In this document: in pieces, positions 8,503 through 17,770 of the stretch
How positions within the stretch are numbered: the first letter of the stretch is position 1
How the letters are laid out: every line of letters begins with the position of its first letter
Source of the DNA: a virus
DNA: 25,660 nucleotides
Virus record (IMG/VR): IMGVR_UViG_3300031965_000003
Coordinates: 69,350-95,009 of that record
Direction: 5' to 3' (one strand)
The notes under the pieces: generated by a model
What the model was told of the DNA's origin: nothing
Database searches by the model: none
The model's input: only the letters and a program-made list of their open reading frames with translations
Position numbers and translations under genes: made by a program

Positions 8503-8736
8503 TTAACGACCATCATCGTCAAGATCACCCTTGACTTGATCCTCAGCGACTAGCTTCTTTACGCTAACCACGGCCTCTGCCTCGCCATGAGCAGCAGAGG
8601 CCTCGTCTCGTCGCCACCCCAAGCCTGGGTCTAAAAACTCTGCGTTGCACGCTGTGCATGTAGGGATGGTCTCATGAGCCTTGGCCACCTGCTCAAGCGG
8701 GCGGCCGCACGTTGGACAATAGGCTGGCATAGTCAA
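8503..8736 (-). CDS. Small zinc-ribbon protein
   Basis: CPTC...CTAC; AAGGAGG RBS upstream. Confidence 0.65.
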   Translation of the reverse strand: MTMPAYCPTCGRPLEQVAKAHETIPTCTACNAEFLDPGLGWRRDEASAAHGEAEAVVSVKKLVAEDQVKGDLDDDGR

Positions 8737-8755
8737 GCCTCCTTATCTCACGGTG

Positions 8756-9763
8756 TTAGGCTAACACCTGTGGTTCATAGTAGATCAGCTGGCTGCCCTG
8801 GTGCTCAAACTCAAACGGCACCGGCACGCAATCAGGCAACGCCTCACAAACGGCTTGCTTTGATTCAGGCGGAGCCACTAACAACAGGCAACCTCCGCCA
8901 CCGGCTCCCAAGAGCTTGCCACCTTTTGCCCCAGCAGCCGCGGCCCGTCTAAAGCAATCCAGTGCGTGATCATTGTCCACCGCAAAAGACATGGCCCGCT
9001 TCAACGCCCAGCCCTCGCGCAGCAACCTGGCTAACTCCTCGTGGTCACCGGCTTCCAAGGCGTCCATCGTTGGAGCTACAAGGGCTTGCTGGTCGCGCAA
9101 TATAACATCGTGGGCAGGAAGCGGGCGGTTTTGCCACTTGGCGGCTTCTATCTCGCTAGCTTTACCATCACGGGTCTTGGTATAGAGCAAGAGTAGATGC
9201 TCCTGTAACTCTACCAACTTACCATTATGCAAAGGCAGCCGGGTGAGCGAATAGTCATGGCGCTCTGGACCGAACTTGACGTGATTTAAGCCTCCGTGGG
9301 CAGCCGCCACATGGTCCTGACAACCAGCCACTTCGCCAGTGAGGTCCTGATCAACGTGCATGGCGTGTTTAGCCAACTCTCTCGGCGACACAGCCAAACC
9401 ACGCAGGACATGCAGCCCGTGCAGCAAGCCTACGGTGAACGAGGCCGACGTGCCCATGCCCGATTGAGCAGGCAGATCCCCGTCGTGGTGGATCTGGATG
9501 GCTGGCTTATCGATGCCCATGAACTTCAGACACGACTTGATTGACGGGTGCTGGATGGCCTCTAGGTCATCGATCTTTTCAACGCAAGACCAGACGAACC
9601 GGCTCTTAAAGGGAAAGAACGGAGGTAGCTGTCGCAAGGTCAGATAGGAGTAACGGTTGATGGTAGCAGAAACAACGCTGCCGGGCTGCTCGGTAAACCA
9701 AGCCGCAAAATCCGTCCCGCCCCCGGCGAATGAGATGCGATATGGAGTTCGGACCATCAACAC
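8756..9763 (-). CDS. GHMP-family sugar kinase, HddA-like (D-glycero-alpha-D-manno-heptose-7-phosphate kinase-like)
   Basis: RTPYRISFAGGGTD, DLPAQSGMGTSAS (ATP-binding loop), GCQDH, GGKLLGAGGGG. Confidence 0.9.
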   Translation of the reverse strand: MLMVRTPYRISFAGGGTDFAAWFTEQPGSVVSATINRYSYLTLRQLPPFFPFKSRFVWSCVEKIDDLEAIQHPSIKSCLKFMGIDKPAIQIHHDGDLPAQSGMGTSASFTVGLLHGLHVLRGLAVSPRELAKHAMHVDQDLTGEVAGCQDHVAAAHGGLNHVKFGPERHDYSLTRLPLHNGKLVELQEHLLLLYTKTRDGKASEIEAAKWQNRPLPAHDVILRDQQALVAPTMDALEAGDHEELARLLREGWALKRAMSFAVDNDHALDCFRRAAAAGAKGGKLLGAGGGGCLLLVAPPESKQAVCEALPDCVPVPFEFEHQGSQLIYYEPQVLA

Positions 9764-9836
9764 CTAGTGCCAAGCCTCTTATAGCTGCCCTTGGTCTTAC
9801 CTTATAGGCTGTTTTAGCAAAAAAGTAAACCAGCTT

Positions 9837-10769
9837 CTAAAATAAACCGCGCCGGGCCGCCCAATCAAGAAGATACCTGGTCGGGTCAGCAAAATAATGC
9901 ATGATGCAGTCCTCAAAATACCTGCGAACCTGCCTGTTAAACCGTTCCTGTTCGTAGGCTGGCGAGTAACGCTCAAAGCACAACCTAAGCCAGTCGGCCA
10001 ACTCATCCAGGCTCTTGGTGGGCGAGGCCCACTCCATCGGGACCGTCGCGTCCGTCGTGTCATCCATCCCACACCAGTCGTTGTATGAGATGGCAAACGG
10101 CATCCGCCCCAACCCACAGGCCTCGTAGAACCTGACCGTCATCATGTTAGCCGTCCCGCCAGGGCACAACGGCCAGGACCACTCCAACAGCCCAGCCTCA
10201 TAGCTCTGAACCACCGGCTGGTCAGCGCTGGTTTGAGCGTTCCAACCCTCGGTCCACTCCCACCGGTACGGCACGCCGGACACCTCTAGCGCCTCTTTCA
10301 CCTTTTCACGCAGACCGTGAGGATCGCGCTGCCCCTTGAAAAAATAGCCGGTCTTTTGCGGTGGCACGTAGGTGACACCCTTGCCGCGCCTGATCAGCGC
10401 CATCAAGAACCTCGAACAGGCCGGGCGCACCATGACGTTCCAGCCTGAACGGTGGGTGAGCAGGGCATTCATGGCCGACAAGATACACGGTTGCACCAAA
10501 TCGGGGATCTCAAATGAGTGGTCGCCCTCAAGATCAAACACGTGCCTGGCTTCATTGCCCTTGAAGAACTGAAACCGATTAGGGTGCAACAGCCAACGGG
10601 TTGCCTTGTTGTACTGGCCGCCGTAGAACAGCTCAGCGTCCTCTGGTCCAACCAACTCACACCATCGTTCGACCCCCGGCCTACAAAACGGGATGCAGTT
10701 CGGGTAGCCGTCACGGGTGTAGATCTCCTCAAGAGCGTGCTCGTAGATATAGATCTTTACCTTTCTCAT
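9837..10769 (-). CDS. Exostosin-like (GT47-like) glycosyltransferase
   Basis: N-terminal KIYIY...PEDAELF; C-terminal FFKGQ...LREKV...YEAGL...LCPGG...RFYEACGLGRMP pattern. Confidence 0.65.
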   Translation of the reverse strand: MRKVKIYIYEHALEEIYTRDGYPNCIPFCRPGVERWCELVGPEDAELFYGGQYNKATRWLLHPNRFQFFKGNEARHVFDLEGDHSFEIPDLVQPCILSAMNALLTHRSGWNVMVRPACSRFLMALIRRGKGVTYVPPQKTGYFFKGQRDPHGLREKVKEALEVSGVPYRWEWTEGWNAQTSADQPVVQSYEAGLLEWSWPLCPGGTANMMTVRFYEACGLGRMPFAISYNDWCGMDDTTDATVPMEWASPTKSLDELADWLRLCFERYSPAYEQERFNRQVRRYFEDCIMHYFADPTRYLLDWAARRGLF

Positions 10770-10796
10770 AAAGTTTTATTGCTATCTTTTCACCGT

Positions 10797-10817
10797 AGCT
10801 ATCACACCGTGATAGCT
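10797..10817. promoter_or_regulatory. Perfect 9-bp inverted repeat AGCTATCAC-ACC-GTGATAGCT upstream of the GT47-like gene
   Basis: Directly visible palindrome about 28 nt upstream of the ATG at 10769. Confidence 0.45.
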
Positions 10818-10846
10818 CGAAGCTGCACGGTATGACACCTAGCTGC

Positions 10847-10939
10847 CTACTTGGGAGTAAATCCGTTGTCGGTAGCCCACGCCTCCAAGATAGCGTCGGG
10901 AAACACGTCCTCTGGGTTTAAGTTCTTTATCTCAGTCAT
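10847..10939 (-). CDS. Small 30-aa hypothetical peptide
   Basis: Manual translation MTEIKNLNPEDVFPDAILEAWATDNGFTPK; fills the gap between neighbouring genes. Confidence 0.35.
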   Translation of the reverse strand: MTEIKNLNPEDVFPDAILEAWATDNGFTPK

Positions 10940-10954
10940 GACCTTATAATATTC

Positions 10955-11197
10955 CTACTTGATCTTGCTTGGAAAGCCACCGCTGTGCTCCTTTGTGCTT
11001 TTTGCCAAAGCTGGCTTGCACGCCTCAAGTTCCCCCTCATCAAGCCATAAACCGTCTGGCAGCTTGCCATCCTTATCAACAGTTGGAGCGATCCAATATC
11101 TGTTACACCCATTAAGGTGTTCAGCCCGTGATGTGGCTATGCCCATAAACCCGCTAATCGTACTGATTACCTTTGTCCCTAACTTGATCTTAAACAT
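10955..11197 (-). CDS. Small phage hypothetical protein (SH3-like beta fold)
   Basis: KLG.KV...ISGF.GIAT.R.EHLNGC.RY.I.P...KDG......WLDE..L pattern, common in phage ORFs; AAGGAAG RBS. Confidence 0.75.
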   Translation of the reverse strand: MFKIKLGTKVISTISGFMGIATSRAEHLNGCNRYWIAPTVDKDGKLPDGLWLDEGELEACKPALAKSTKEHSGGFPSKIK

Positions 11198-11247
11198 GTT
11201 TTATCTTCCTTTCGTAAAAATAAGCTCCATCATTTATCTATCTAGCC

Positions 11248-11376
11248 CTAACTTTCTGCTACAAGCTTAACATTACGCGACAACCGCAACGTCCACCGCC
11301 TCACCTGCTCGCGTCGTATCACACGACTGACGATGTCCTCGATCATGGATTCGTATGTGGTCGGTTGGTCAGGCAT
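11248..11376 (-). CDS. Small 42-aa hypothetical peptide
   Basis: Manual translation MPDQPTTYESMIEDIVSRVIRREQVRRWTLRLSRNVKLVAES; tiles the gap. Confidence 0.35.
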   Translation of the reverse strand: MPDQPTTYESMIEDIVSRVIRREQVRRWTLRLSRNVKLVAES

Positions 11377-11381
11377 GACGT

Positions 11382-11639
11382 TTATCTGCCGCTCCTGATT
11401 GCCTCGGCGATAACTTCACAATTCGTGAAGCCGATATTCCCAAGGTAGCTCTTCGCCTTTTCCGCACAGCGCTCCCGCTCCTCGCGCAACATTACGGCAA
11501 TCGGCGGCACCCATCTACGAAAGTAACACTGCTCATATGTGGTCATTTCGCTAATCGACTTGTCGATAGGATAGTCCGGTGTTATCACAAGCCGCACCAA
11601 AGTTTCTGCCCGAACGGTCGCCCAGTCAGGTGTGTTCAT
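11382..11639 (-). CDS. Phage hypothetical protein
   Basis: C-terminal EERERCA...IAEAIR pattern typical of small phage proteins; ATGA overlap. Confidence 0.65.
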   Translation of the reverse strand: MNTPDWATVRAETLVRLVITPDYPIDKSISEMTTYEQCYFRRWVPPIAVMLREERERCAEKAKSYLGNIGFTNCEVIAEAIRSGR

Positions 11640-11860
11640 CTCGATTCCCCTAACGGAGAAATTCTCAGAAAGCTGCGACCGCCGTTGACGAGGGAGTAGT
11701 GATAGTCTGATTCACAACTGAACCAGCCTCCCCATGGGAATCCTAATCCACCGCAGACGGCACATCTGTTTTTATCGACCGCGTAGTCATATCTTGCAGC
11801 GACTTCGACAAATCGGCCTGTCAATCCCGGTATTTCCACAATCTCAGCGGGTTCACTCAT
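11636..11860 (-). CDS. Small Cys/His zinc-binding hypothetical protein (start revised to ATG at 11860)
   Basis: CAVCGG...CESDYH; the longer track start overlaps the upstream gene. Confidence 0.5.
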   Translation of the reverse strand: MSEPAEIVEIPGLTGRFVEVAARYDYAVDKNRCAVCGGLGFPWGGWFSCESDYHYSLVNGGRSFLRISPLGESR

Positions 11861-11883
11861 CGTTTCTCTTATCAATTCTCTGC

Positions 11884-12075
11884 TCACAACTCCCAACCTC
11901 GCTTCCTTGCCTGAATAACCGCCCATGTGCTTGTTGGAATCGCTTTTCCCTCTTCCACCAACCAAGCAACTTGATCATCAAAAGCGAACTTTTGAATCAA
12001 TCCCATATTCATCGTTGCCTTAATTAAAGCAGCCAGAAGAGTTGGATCTTCTCCATAGGTAAAAAAAGGTTTCAT
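11884..12075 (-). CDS. Hypothetical protein
   Basis: 63 aa, co-oriented, tiles the region. Confidence 0.45.
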   Translation of the reverse strand: MKPFFTYGEDPTLLAALIKATMNMGLIQKFAFDDQVAWLVEEGKAIPTSTWAVIQARKRGWEL

Positions 12076-12083
12076 GAGGGTCC

Positions 12084-12341
12084 CTATGGCTTAATCTCCC
12101 AATTCCAACCAGATGTAGAGATCAAAGGTGAGACATAGGGCGTTTTAAACGGAATGGCACGCTTACCATCCGGCAACCTAATTTCTTCAATATCATCAGG
12201 CTGCTGGCCCGATACTGATGAAACAAATTCGAGATACACATCTATCCACGTTTTTACTTGAATGTCAGGTATCTGTTCGCCGTTTTCGTCCAAGGCAGCG
12301 ACATTACCGTTTGTAAAAAAGAACAGGCTTTTCACTTTCAT
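12084..12341 (-). CDS. Phage hypothetical protein
   Basis: 85 aa; GGAGGT RBS. Confidence 0.65.
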   Translation of the reverse strand: MKVKSLFFFTNGNVAALDENGEQIPDIQVKTWIDVYLEFVSSVSGQQPDDIEEIRLPDGKRAIPFKTPYVSPLISTSGWNWEIKP

Positions 12342-12443
12342 GGCTTACCTCCAACGCATCATCAATATGATAAAAACATAACTAGAAGTCGCAAAGCTGC
12401 TGAGCTAAATTTTTCTCGGTGCCGCAGATTCTACAAGTCTGCA

Positions 12444-12749
12444 TTACTTCTCTCCCCCAAAATAATCCCGTCGATCACAAACGTATTCATCCTTCACTTC
12501 ATCGTAACGCTCTGTAAATTCGATTGTGTAAATGGAAGTCCCAACGTTGTATAAATCTAAATATCCAAGCTTGCGCCTGTAAATCTCAATAGTATAACTC
12601 TCGCTGCCAATGTCATCACATGGTACAGAGTGCGGGTTATAACAGTCAGCCAACGCCTGTAAACAATCGTCCAACGTGGCGCAAACACCGATCGGCCAAT
12701 ACTGCTCATCGCTTGTTGCATCAACGATCTCATAAACGTGATCCATCAT
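12444..12749 (-). CDS. Acidic hypothetical protein
   Basis: 101 aa; ATGA-coupled to a 30-codon ORF at 12746..12838. Confidence 0.6.
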   Translation of the reverse strand: MMDHVYEIVDATSDEQYWPIGVCATLDDCLQALADCYNPHSVPCDDIGSESYTIEIYRRKLGYLDLYNVGTSIYTIEFTERYDEVKDEYVCDRRDYFGGEK

Positions 12750-12848
12750 TTCACCCTCAGCGTCACATGAGCTTCTTCCACTTGCTGATCAACTCGCTCA
12801 TGCACAATGAACAGAGACGGACTAACAAGCCGCCTCATGCTTAAACGT

Positions 12849-13709
12849 CTATGACCATGCTCCCCGTCCTATGGGCGTCACAATGCTCTCCAACCCTGCA
12901 TTGATTGCATTGATCCGTGCTAAGTACAGCTGATAATTCTCATCCGATGTTCGCGTGTATGGTTTGCCACGCTTCGGGATCGCCTTCAACGACTCTTGAG
13001 TGCCTAACTTATAAAGCAGGTACCTCACGTTCAACACCCAGCGCCACCCAAGAGCATTCGCCCGAACAGCTAAATCAATGTCGTTGATGCCCCTACCACC
13101 GTCATACTGCTGGTCCCAACCATTAAGGGTCTTTAACAACACCAGTGGGATAGAGTCACCAATAAAATAAATCACGTGCCCCGGTATTTCCCACAGCCCA
13201 AATTCTATCTCCTGCCCGAATAGCCGCCCTTTACGCTCCTGATACTCAGGCGTGTGCTTGTCAAAATACTCTTTGGCAAACACAGCGTTAAACTCCCGCT
13301 CAAAGACCGTCCAACGTTGATCGCTGTCAGTGTGAAGCGGAGGCGGCGCGTAACGGTCCAAATAATGTGTCATGCCGCAGCCCAACCGCTCGTACCAGCG
13401 CCAATGGGTGTCTAAATATTCTGGATACACCCAACAATAGTCCGTGAGATAAGTCACCAGCTCGCCAGCGCAGTATGTAGCCCCAACGTTCAACGCCCGC
13501 GTGTTATCGTAAAAATCATCTACCGAGGGAGCCGGGTAATGCCGTATCGGCAAGTCTACCTTAGCCAACAAGTCTTTTCGGTCAGCATAAAACTCGTCAA
13601 TGACGATCAACTCCCAATCGGTAACAGGCATGGTCTGCTGCAGAAACGCGTTCACCATCACGTCCAAACCACCAAGACGCGCTGTCACTATCACGTTAGA
13701 TATCTTCAC
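12849..13709 (-). CDS. GT2-like (GT-A fold) glycosyltransferase
   Basis: ISNVIVT...QQT.....WELIVIDE; RALNVG.....GELV.YLTD; NGWDQQYDGGRGINDIDLAVRA (GGFDE...ED.DL..R-type motif). Confidence 0.85.
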   Translation of the reverse strand: MKISNVIVTARLGGLDVMVNAFLQQTMPVTDWELIVIDEFYADRKDLLAKVDLPIRHYPAPSVDDFYDNTRALNVGATYCAGELVTYLTDYCWVYPEYLDTHWRWYERLGCGMTHYLDRYAPPPLHTDSDQRWTVFEREFNAVFAKEYFDKHTPEYQERKGRLFGQEIEFGLWEIPGHVIYFIGDSIPLVLLKTLNGWDQQYDGGRGINDIDLAVRANALGWRWVLNVRYLLYKLGTQESLKAIPKRGKPYTRTSDENYQLYLARINAINAGLESIVTPIGRGAWS

Positions 13710-13747
13710 AACCGCTCTTTCTTACACGGTGCAGTCAGAGCCTTGAT

Positions 13748-13942
13748 TTAACCATCGCTCATCAGTCTCCACTTCTCAGTTGTCCAATGGCTGCACAGGT
13801 CATCGGCGTTCTTTCTGGTCATAACTGGTTCAAATTGACACCATCCCATTGAGCCGTCGCGGGTCCAGCCATTCACACACCAAATCCCATAATCCGGCTT
13901 GAAATATCGACACGTCAAACAGCAAACTTCGGGCTTAGTCAT
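13748..13942 (-). CDS. Small Cys-rich phage protein
   Basis: CLTCRYF...GWC...P......DDLCSHW four-Cys pattern. Confidence 0.65.
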   Translation of the reverse strand: MTKPEVCCLTCRYFKPDYGIWCVNGWTRDGSMGWCQFEPVMTRKNADDLCSHWTTEKWRLMSDG

Positions 13943-14234
13943 CGCTCAACTCCCTTTGCACTTCGGCACGCCAATCGTCATCGGTTCTCGAATGCCATTC
14001 GCTGTTTTCTGATTCTACACAATCCCATTTAAGACCTAGATATATTAAACCATCATAGACTCGCTGCAATCGACATTCCCAATGGTCCACCTCAAACTTC
14101 GTTTTTCGTCTCATCGCTTCAGCTTGAATAAAAGCGTCACGCAATACCTGAAGTGTGCATAACGCCGGATCTGTCAACAGGCACTTGTGCAGCTTGGACA
14201 GCCGCCACGCTTCTTTAACCTTTGGATCAATCAT
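13935..14234 (-). CDS. Hypothetical protein
   Basis: 99 aa, GAGG-rich RBS, overlaps the downstream start. Confidence 0.55.
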   Translation of the reverse strand: MIDPKVKEAWRLSKLHKCLLTDPALCTLQVLRDAFIQAEAMRRKTKFEVDHWECRLQRVYDGLIYLGLKWDCVESENSEWHSRTDDDWRAEVQRELSDD

Positions 14235-14295
14235 CCCTCACCCCTCGCTCCAGGTAAATTGTCGAGCGGCCTTACAAATCGTATAACACGTTAAT

Positions 14296-14799
14296 TTAAT
14301 TTTGGGCATCACACACTGCACTAAGCGCTGCCAAGCAAATTGCATGGGGAGCGGTAGGTGCCCACACCTGAATAAACTTATAATCCTCACGCCAAGGGGC
14401 ATTATCGTCACCATGTGTCATATCACAATACCAACGTTCTAGATCATCGCTTGATAATTTAGAAGAAAGAGATATAGATACGTCAAAATCGTAACTTGAC
14501 ATTTTCTCTACGACTTCCCACGCTGCGGTTATATCTGTAGAATACTCAGGGCAAGCATCATGATAAGCAATTTCATTATCATCTGGACGACGAACCGTGA
14601 TACCTGGACGAATGATAGAATACGACTCCCTCCACCCTGCTATTTTTCCCGGCGTAAAATATTCATCCTGTTTCGGTTCTACCCAGGAGTTCAACGCTTT
14701 CTCAGTTTCATAATTCGGCTTAAATCTACAACCCCTCGCGACTTCCAGCCCCATCACCTTCTCCGCAATTAAAGCGTCAAGCTCGTGTCCGGCTTCCAT
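14296..14799 (-). CDS. Phage ABA-sandwich (BC1872-like) domain protein
   Basis: ELDALIAEKVMG...PEYSTDITAAWEVVEKM...APTAPHAICLAAL. Confidence 0.85.
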   Translation of the reverse strand: MEAGHELDALIAEKVMGLEVARGCRFKPNYETEKALNSWVEPKQDEYFTPGKIAGWRESYSIIRPGITVRRPDDNEIAYHDACPEYSTDITAAWEVVEKMSSYDFDVSISLSSKLSSDDLERWYCDMTHGDDNAPWREDYKFIQVWAPTAPHAICLAALSAVCDAQN

Positions 14800-14813
14800 G
14801 TTTTTAGATCCTG

Positions 14814-16319
14814 CTAAAAATCAGATTTTGGATGGTTCATGACCGGACTTAATTTAATCCTGTGAATCCATTCCGCGTACACCAGCTTGATCAACCGAAA
14901 CAACTGTAAGATAAACCCAACAATACCATGCTTTTTCCACACCGGCCCCCAGCGCCACGGTTTGCCGTATATCTTTACAAAACCCCAATTCTGTAGCTCT
15001 ATTAGATCCTGCGCTTTAAGGTCGCCAACGTTGGTAACCGCATTGCCATAACGTAGGTATTCGCTGAAGTCCTCCGACAACAACTCTAAGCCGTGCTCGC
15101 CGCCAACTGCCATGCGATGAAACTCAGTGCCTGGATACGGCACGGCGATGGCCAGATTGGCCTGCTTGATATCACGCTGGTTAGATACCCACTGGATGGT
15201 GTTCCTGACTGTCTGTCGAGTCTCGCCCGGCAGCCCAATCATCAGGCTGTTCATAGCCTCTACTCCATGCTCAAAGCAAATCTTGTTGGCTCTAGGATAA
15301 TCGTCAATCGGAACCTTCTTCCCCATCGTGACACGCATCACCGGATCTATCGTCTCCAACCCAAAGCTCAGTCGTATCAATCCACTTTTGGCCAATCGCT
15401 TGACCAGCGGCTCGGTAACGGTGTTAGCTCTCGTGCTCGATTCAAACGTAAATCTCAACCCCTCGGCGTCCATGCGGTCAACGATCTCCAAGATGTGTTC
15501 GGGCCAAAACAGCAGCACGTCATCAACTATGTAAAGGTGAGTGATAAAAGGAAACCGTGTTGCAACGTCCTTCATCTCCTCAACCACCCGCTTAGGCGAC
15601 TTCATAATGACGCGCCGTGTCTGGATGGCGTCGCTGGCACAAAAAATACATGACCAATAGCAGCCACGCTGCGTGGCCAATGACGTAAAATTATTTCTTC
15701 CACGCGGCGTGCCAAGCCTATATTTCTCCATAGGCAATAGATGTCGTGCGGGTAACGGCAGCCTATCCAACGGATAGTTGTGCCCCAAGTCACTCTTCTT
15801 CATAGCGTCAAGCGTAATCCAGCGCGGCACAGCCTCTTTGATCTCGTTATTAACTCGCCGCATGACTCCCGATGGCTCATTGCCAGAAAATCCGCTACCA
15901 TACCACTGTAAAAAATCTTTTAAACTATCCTCCGCTTCACCTAAAAACCCATAATCAAATTGTGGCAAGAACGCTTTCTGTTTAACAATGGTTACATGCG
16001 GCCCGCCGACAATAATCGGTATATTTTTATTTTTTCTCTTGATTACGCTGGCAGCGTCGCACGACAAATGAAAAAACGGTGAGTAGGCAGAAAAACCAAC
16101 CACGTCAGGTTTCTGTTCTAAAATCTTATCTGCCAACTGCTCGTTGTCCCATCCGTTGGCCTCTGCATCGATGATTACAGCCTCATGCCCGGCTTCTTCT
16201 ACGACTGCTCCAAGCTGCGCCAGGTTTAATGGCGGCCAGGTAGAATTTCGCTTGGCAAAGTGGCCAAAGAGACCATACTCTCCAGTCCACCGAGGATAGG
16301 CAAACAACACCTTTATCAT
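14814..16319 (-). CDS. Cobalamin-binding radical SAM enzyme (class B methyltransferase-like)
   Basis: PPLNLAQL, KPDVVGFS, IIVGGPH, GEAE (B12 domain); RGCYWSCIFC (CxxxCxxC); FGLET, MIGLPGET, PYPGTEF. Confidence 0.93.
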   Translation of the reverse strand: MIKVLFAYPRWTGEYGLFGHFAKRNSTWPPLNLAQLGAVVEEAGHEAVIIDAEANGWDNEQLADKILEQKPDVVGFSAYSPFFHLSCDAASVIKRKNKNIPIIVGGPHVTIVKQKAFLPQFDYGFLGEAEDSLKDFLQWYGSGFSGNEPSGVMRRVNNEIKEAVPRWITLDAMKKSDLGHNYPLDRLPLPARHLLPMEKYRLGTPRGRNNFTSLATQRGCYWSCIFCASDAIQTRRVIMKSPKRVVEEMKDVATRFPFITHLYIVDDVLLFWPEHILEIVDRMDAEGLRFTFESSTRANTVTEPLVKRLAKSGLIRLSFGLETIDPVMRVTMGKKVPIDDYPRANKICFEHGVEAMNSLMIGLPGETRQTVRNTIQWVSNQRDIKQANLAIAVPYPGTEFHRMAVGGEHGLELLSEDFSEYLRYGNAVTNVGDLKAQDLIELQNWGFVKIYGKPWRWGPVWKKHGIVGFILQLFRLIKLVYAEWIHRIKLSPVMNHPKSDF

Positions 16320-17770
16320 GTGTACAGCCTCCGTTTGATCTTGACCTCAATCATACGCTTGACAGCCTCAACAGCTTCTGAGCCAAACTTATAAGCAATC
16401 AAGGTTTGATACGTGTCAGAGCTATAGTAACGCCGAAACGCCTCGTCTCTGAACCTCAACACGTCTGCAGAGGTCAAAGTTTCAGTAGGTAATGGACAGC
16501 TGTCATAGCTGTGGTGCGAGTAAGCGGCCCAACCGCCTTCTGGCTTCCAACTGTCCTTCACTTGCTCATACAACGCGCTGCCTGGGTATGGCATGCAGCC
16601 GTAAATGTTAAACCACTCTGGCAAGATGGTCTGCGCCATCTGAAATGTGTGCTCTATGCTCTCATAGGTATCACCAGGTAAGCCCACGATGAAGTTAGCC
16701 GCTATGTTGATATCGTGCTGCTTGATACGCGCGCAGGTCTGATAAATGTCCTGCTCTCCGTATTGTCCCTTGTCTATGCCATCACGCACCTGATCAGAGG
16801 CCGACTCGATGCCTAGACCCAACCACCTGACCCCAGCCCGTCGCAGCGCAGCCAAAAACCTGTCCTTGGTGCAATCAACTCGCCCGTAGCACCAGATGTT
16901 CAAGTGATCGCTCCAGCCCCTCTCAATGATGCCTTCACAGATGCCCATGACATGCCTATAATTGAGCACAAACATCTCGTCGCAAATCTTTATGTGCTGA
17001 ACGTTATAGCCCTCGATCAAAATTTCCAACTCCCGCAGCACCATTTCAACCGGCCACATGCGATAAGAATTTACCGACCCGCCCAACGCCAATTGGTCAC
17101 CTCTACGGAATGGAGCTTGGATACAACAGAAGAGGCAGCTAAATGAGCAGCCTAACGACGTGTAAATGCTCGCGTAAGGCATGCGGTCGGCGTGACCGAA
17201 ACAATGCCAGTTATGCGCCCGATAATTCTTAGGATGCACCCTAGCCCATTGCCCGCCAGGCATCTCACGCACGTTGATGTTAACCACCGTCTCCGTAAAC
17301 ACCGGCACCCCATGCTCCAACCGGCACACCCCACGAGGTGGCTCTACGCCTTGAAGTACGTCCAGAATAGACACCGGTCCCTCGCCAGTACAAACGTAAT
17401 CGGCACCAGTTTCCAGCAAAGCTTGCCTCGGCAACGCCGCCGGATGAGTACCCACCAGCATGAGACGCGTTGACGGACTCACCTGCTTAACAAGTCTACA
17501 TAGGTCAATGACCGCTGGCATGACTTGAGTAGACGCGCTGGGCTGATGACCTTGACAAACAATGACAACGAACTTGGTATCAAGATATTCCAAGATGTTA
17601 ACCCGTGAGTTGGCATTTAAATCCACTATCTCAGCCGAGTAACCTTGGCCTTCAACGTAAGAGGCTAGCAATCGACACCACACCGGAGGTTCTATGGCAG
17701 TCAACTCCACTGCCAGCTCCTGATAAACCAACTCGCGACCAAAAGGGTTGATAAAGATAACGTCGCTCAT
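16316..17770 (-). CDS. Cobalamin-binding radical SAM enzyme (start revised to ATG at 17770)
   Basis: IEPPVW, VGTHPAALP, GEGP; SLGCSFSCLFC; LGIESA, FIVGLPGDT, PYPGSALY; ATGA overlaps at both ends. Confidence 0.93.
   Translation of the reverse strand: MSDVIFINPFGRELVYQELAVELTAIEPPVWCRLLASYVEGQGYSAEIVDLNANSRVNILEYLDTKFVVIVCQGHQPSASTQVMPAVIDLCRLVKQVSPSTRLMLVGTHPAALPRQALLETGADYVCTGEGPVSILDVLQGVEPPRGVCRLEHGVPVFTETVVNINVREMPGGQWARVHPKNYRAHNWHCFGHADRMPYASIYTSLGCSFSCLFCCIQAPFRRGDQLALGGSVNSYRMWPVEMVLRELEILIEGYNVQHIKICDEMFVLNYRHVMGICEGIIERGWSDHLNIWCYGRVDCTKDRFLAALRRAGVRWLGLGIESASDQVRDGIDKGQYGEQDIYQTCARIKQHDINIAANFIVGLPGDTYESIEHTFQMAQTILPEWFNIYGCMPYPGSALYEQVKDSWKPEGGWAAYSHHSYDSCPLPTETLTSADVLRFRDEAFRRYYSSDTYQTLIAYKFGSEAVEAVKRMIEVKIKRRLYT

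Noticed and set aside
12304-12444. In-frame TAG within a small Cys-containing ORF (MQTCRICG...CDF*LCFYH...), suggesting amber recoding
   Set aside because: TAG terminates well-defined genes here (portal, kinase, radical SAM, GT2) at sensible positions and long genes are uninterrupted; more likely a remnant or a short ORF.
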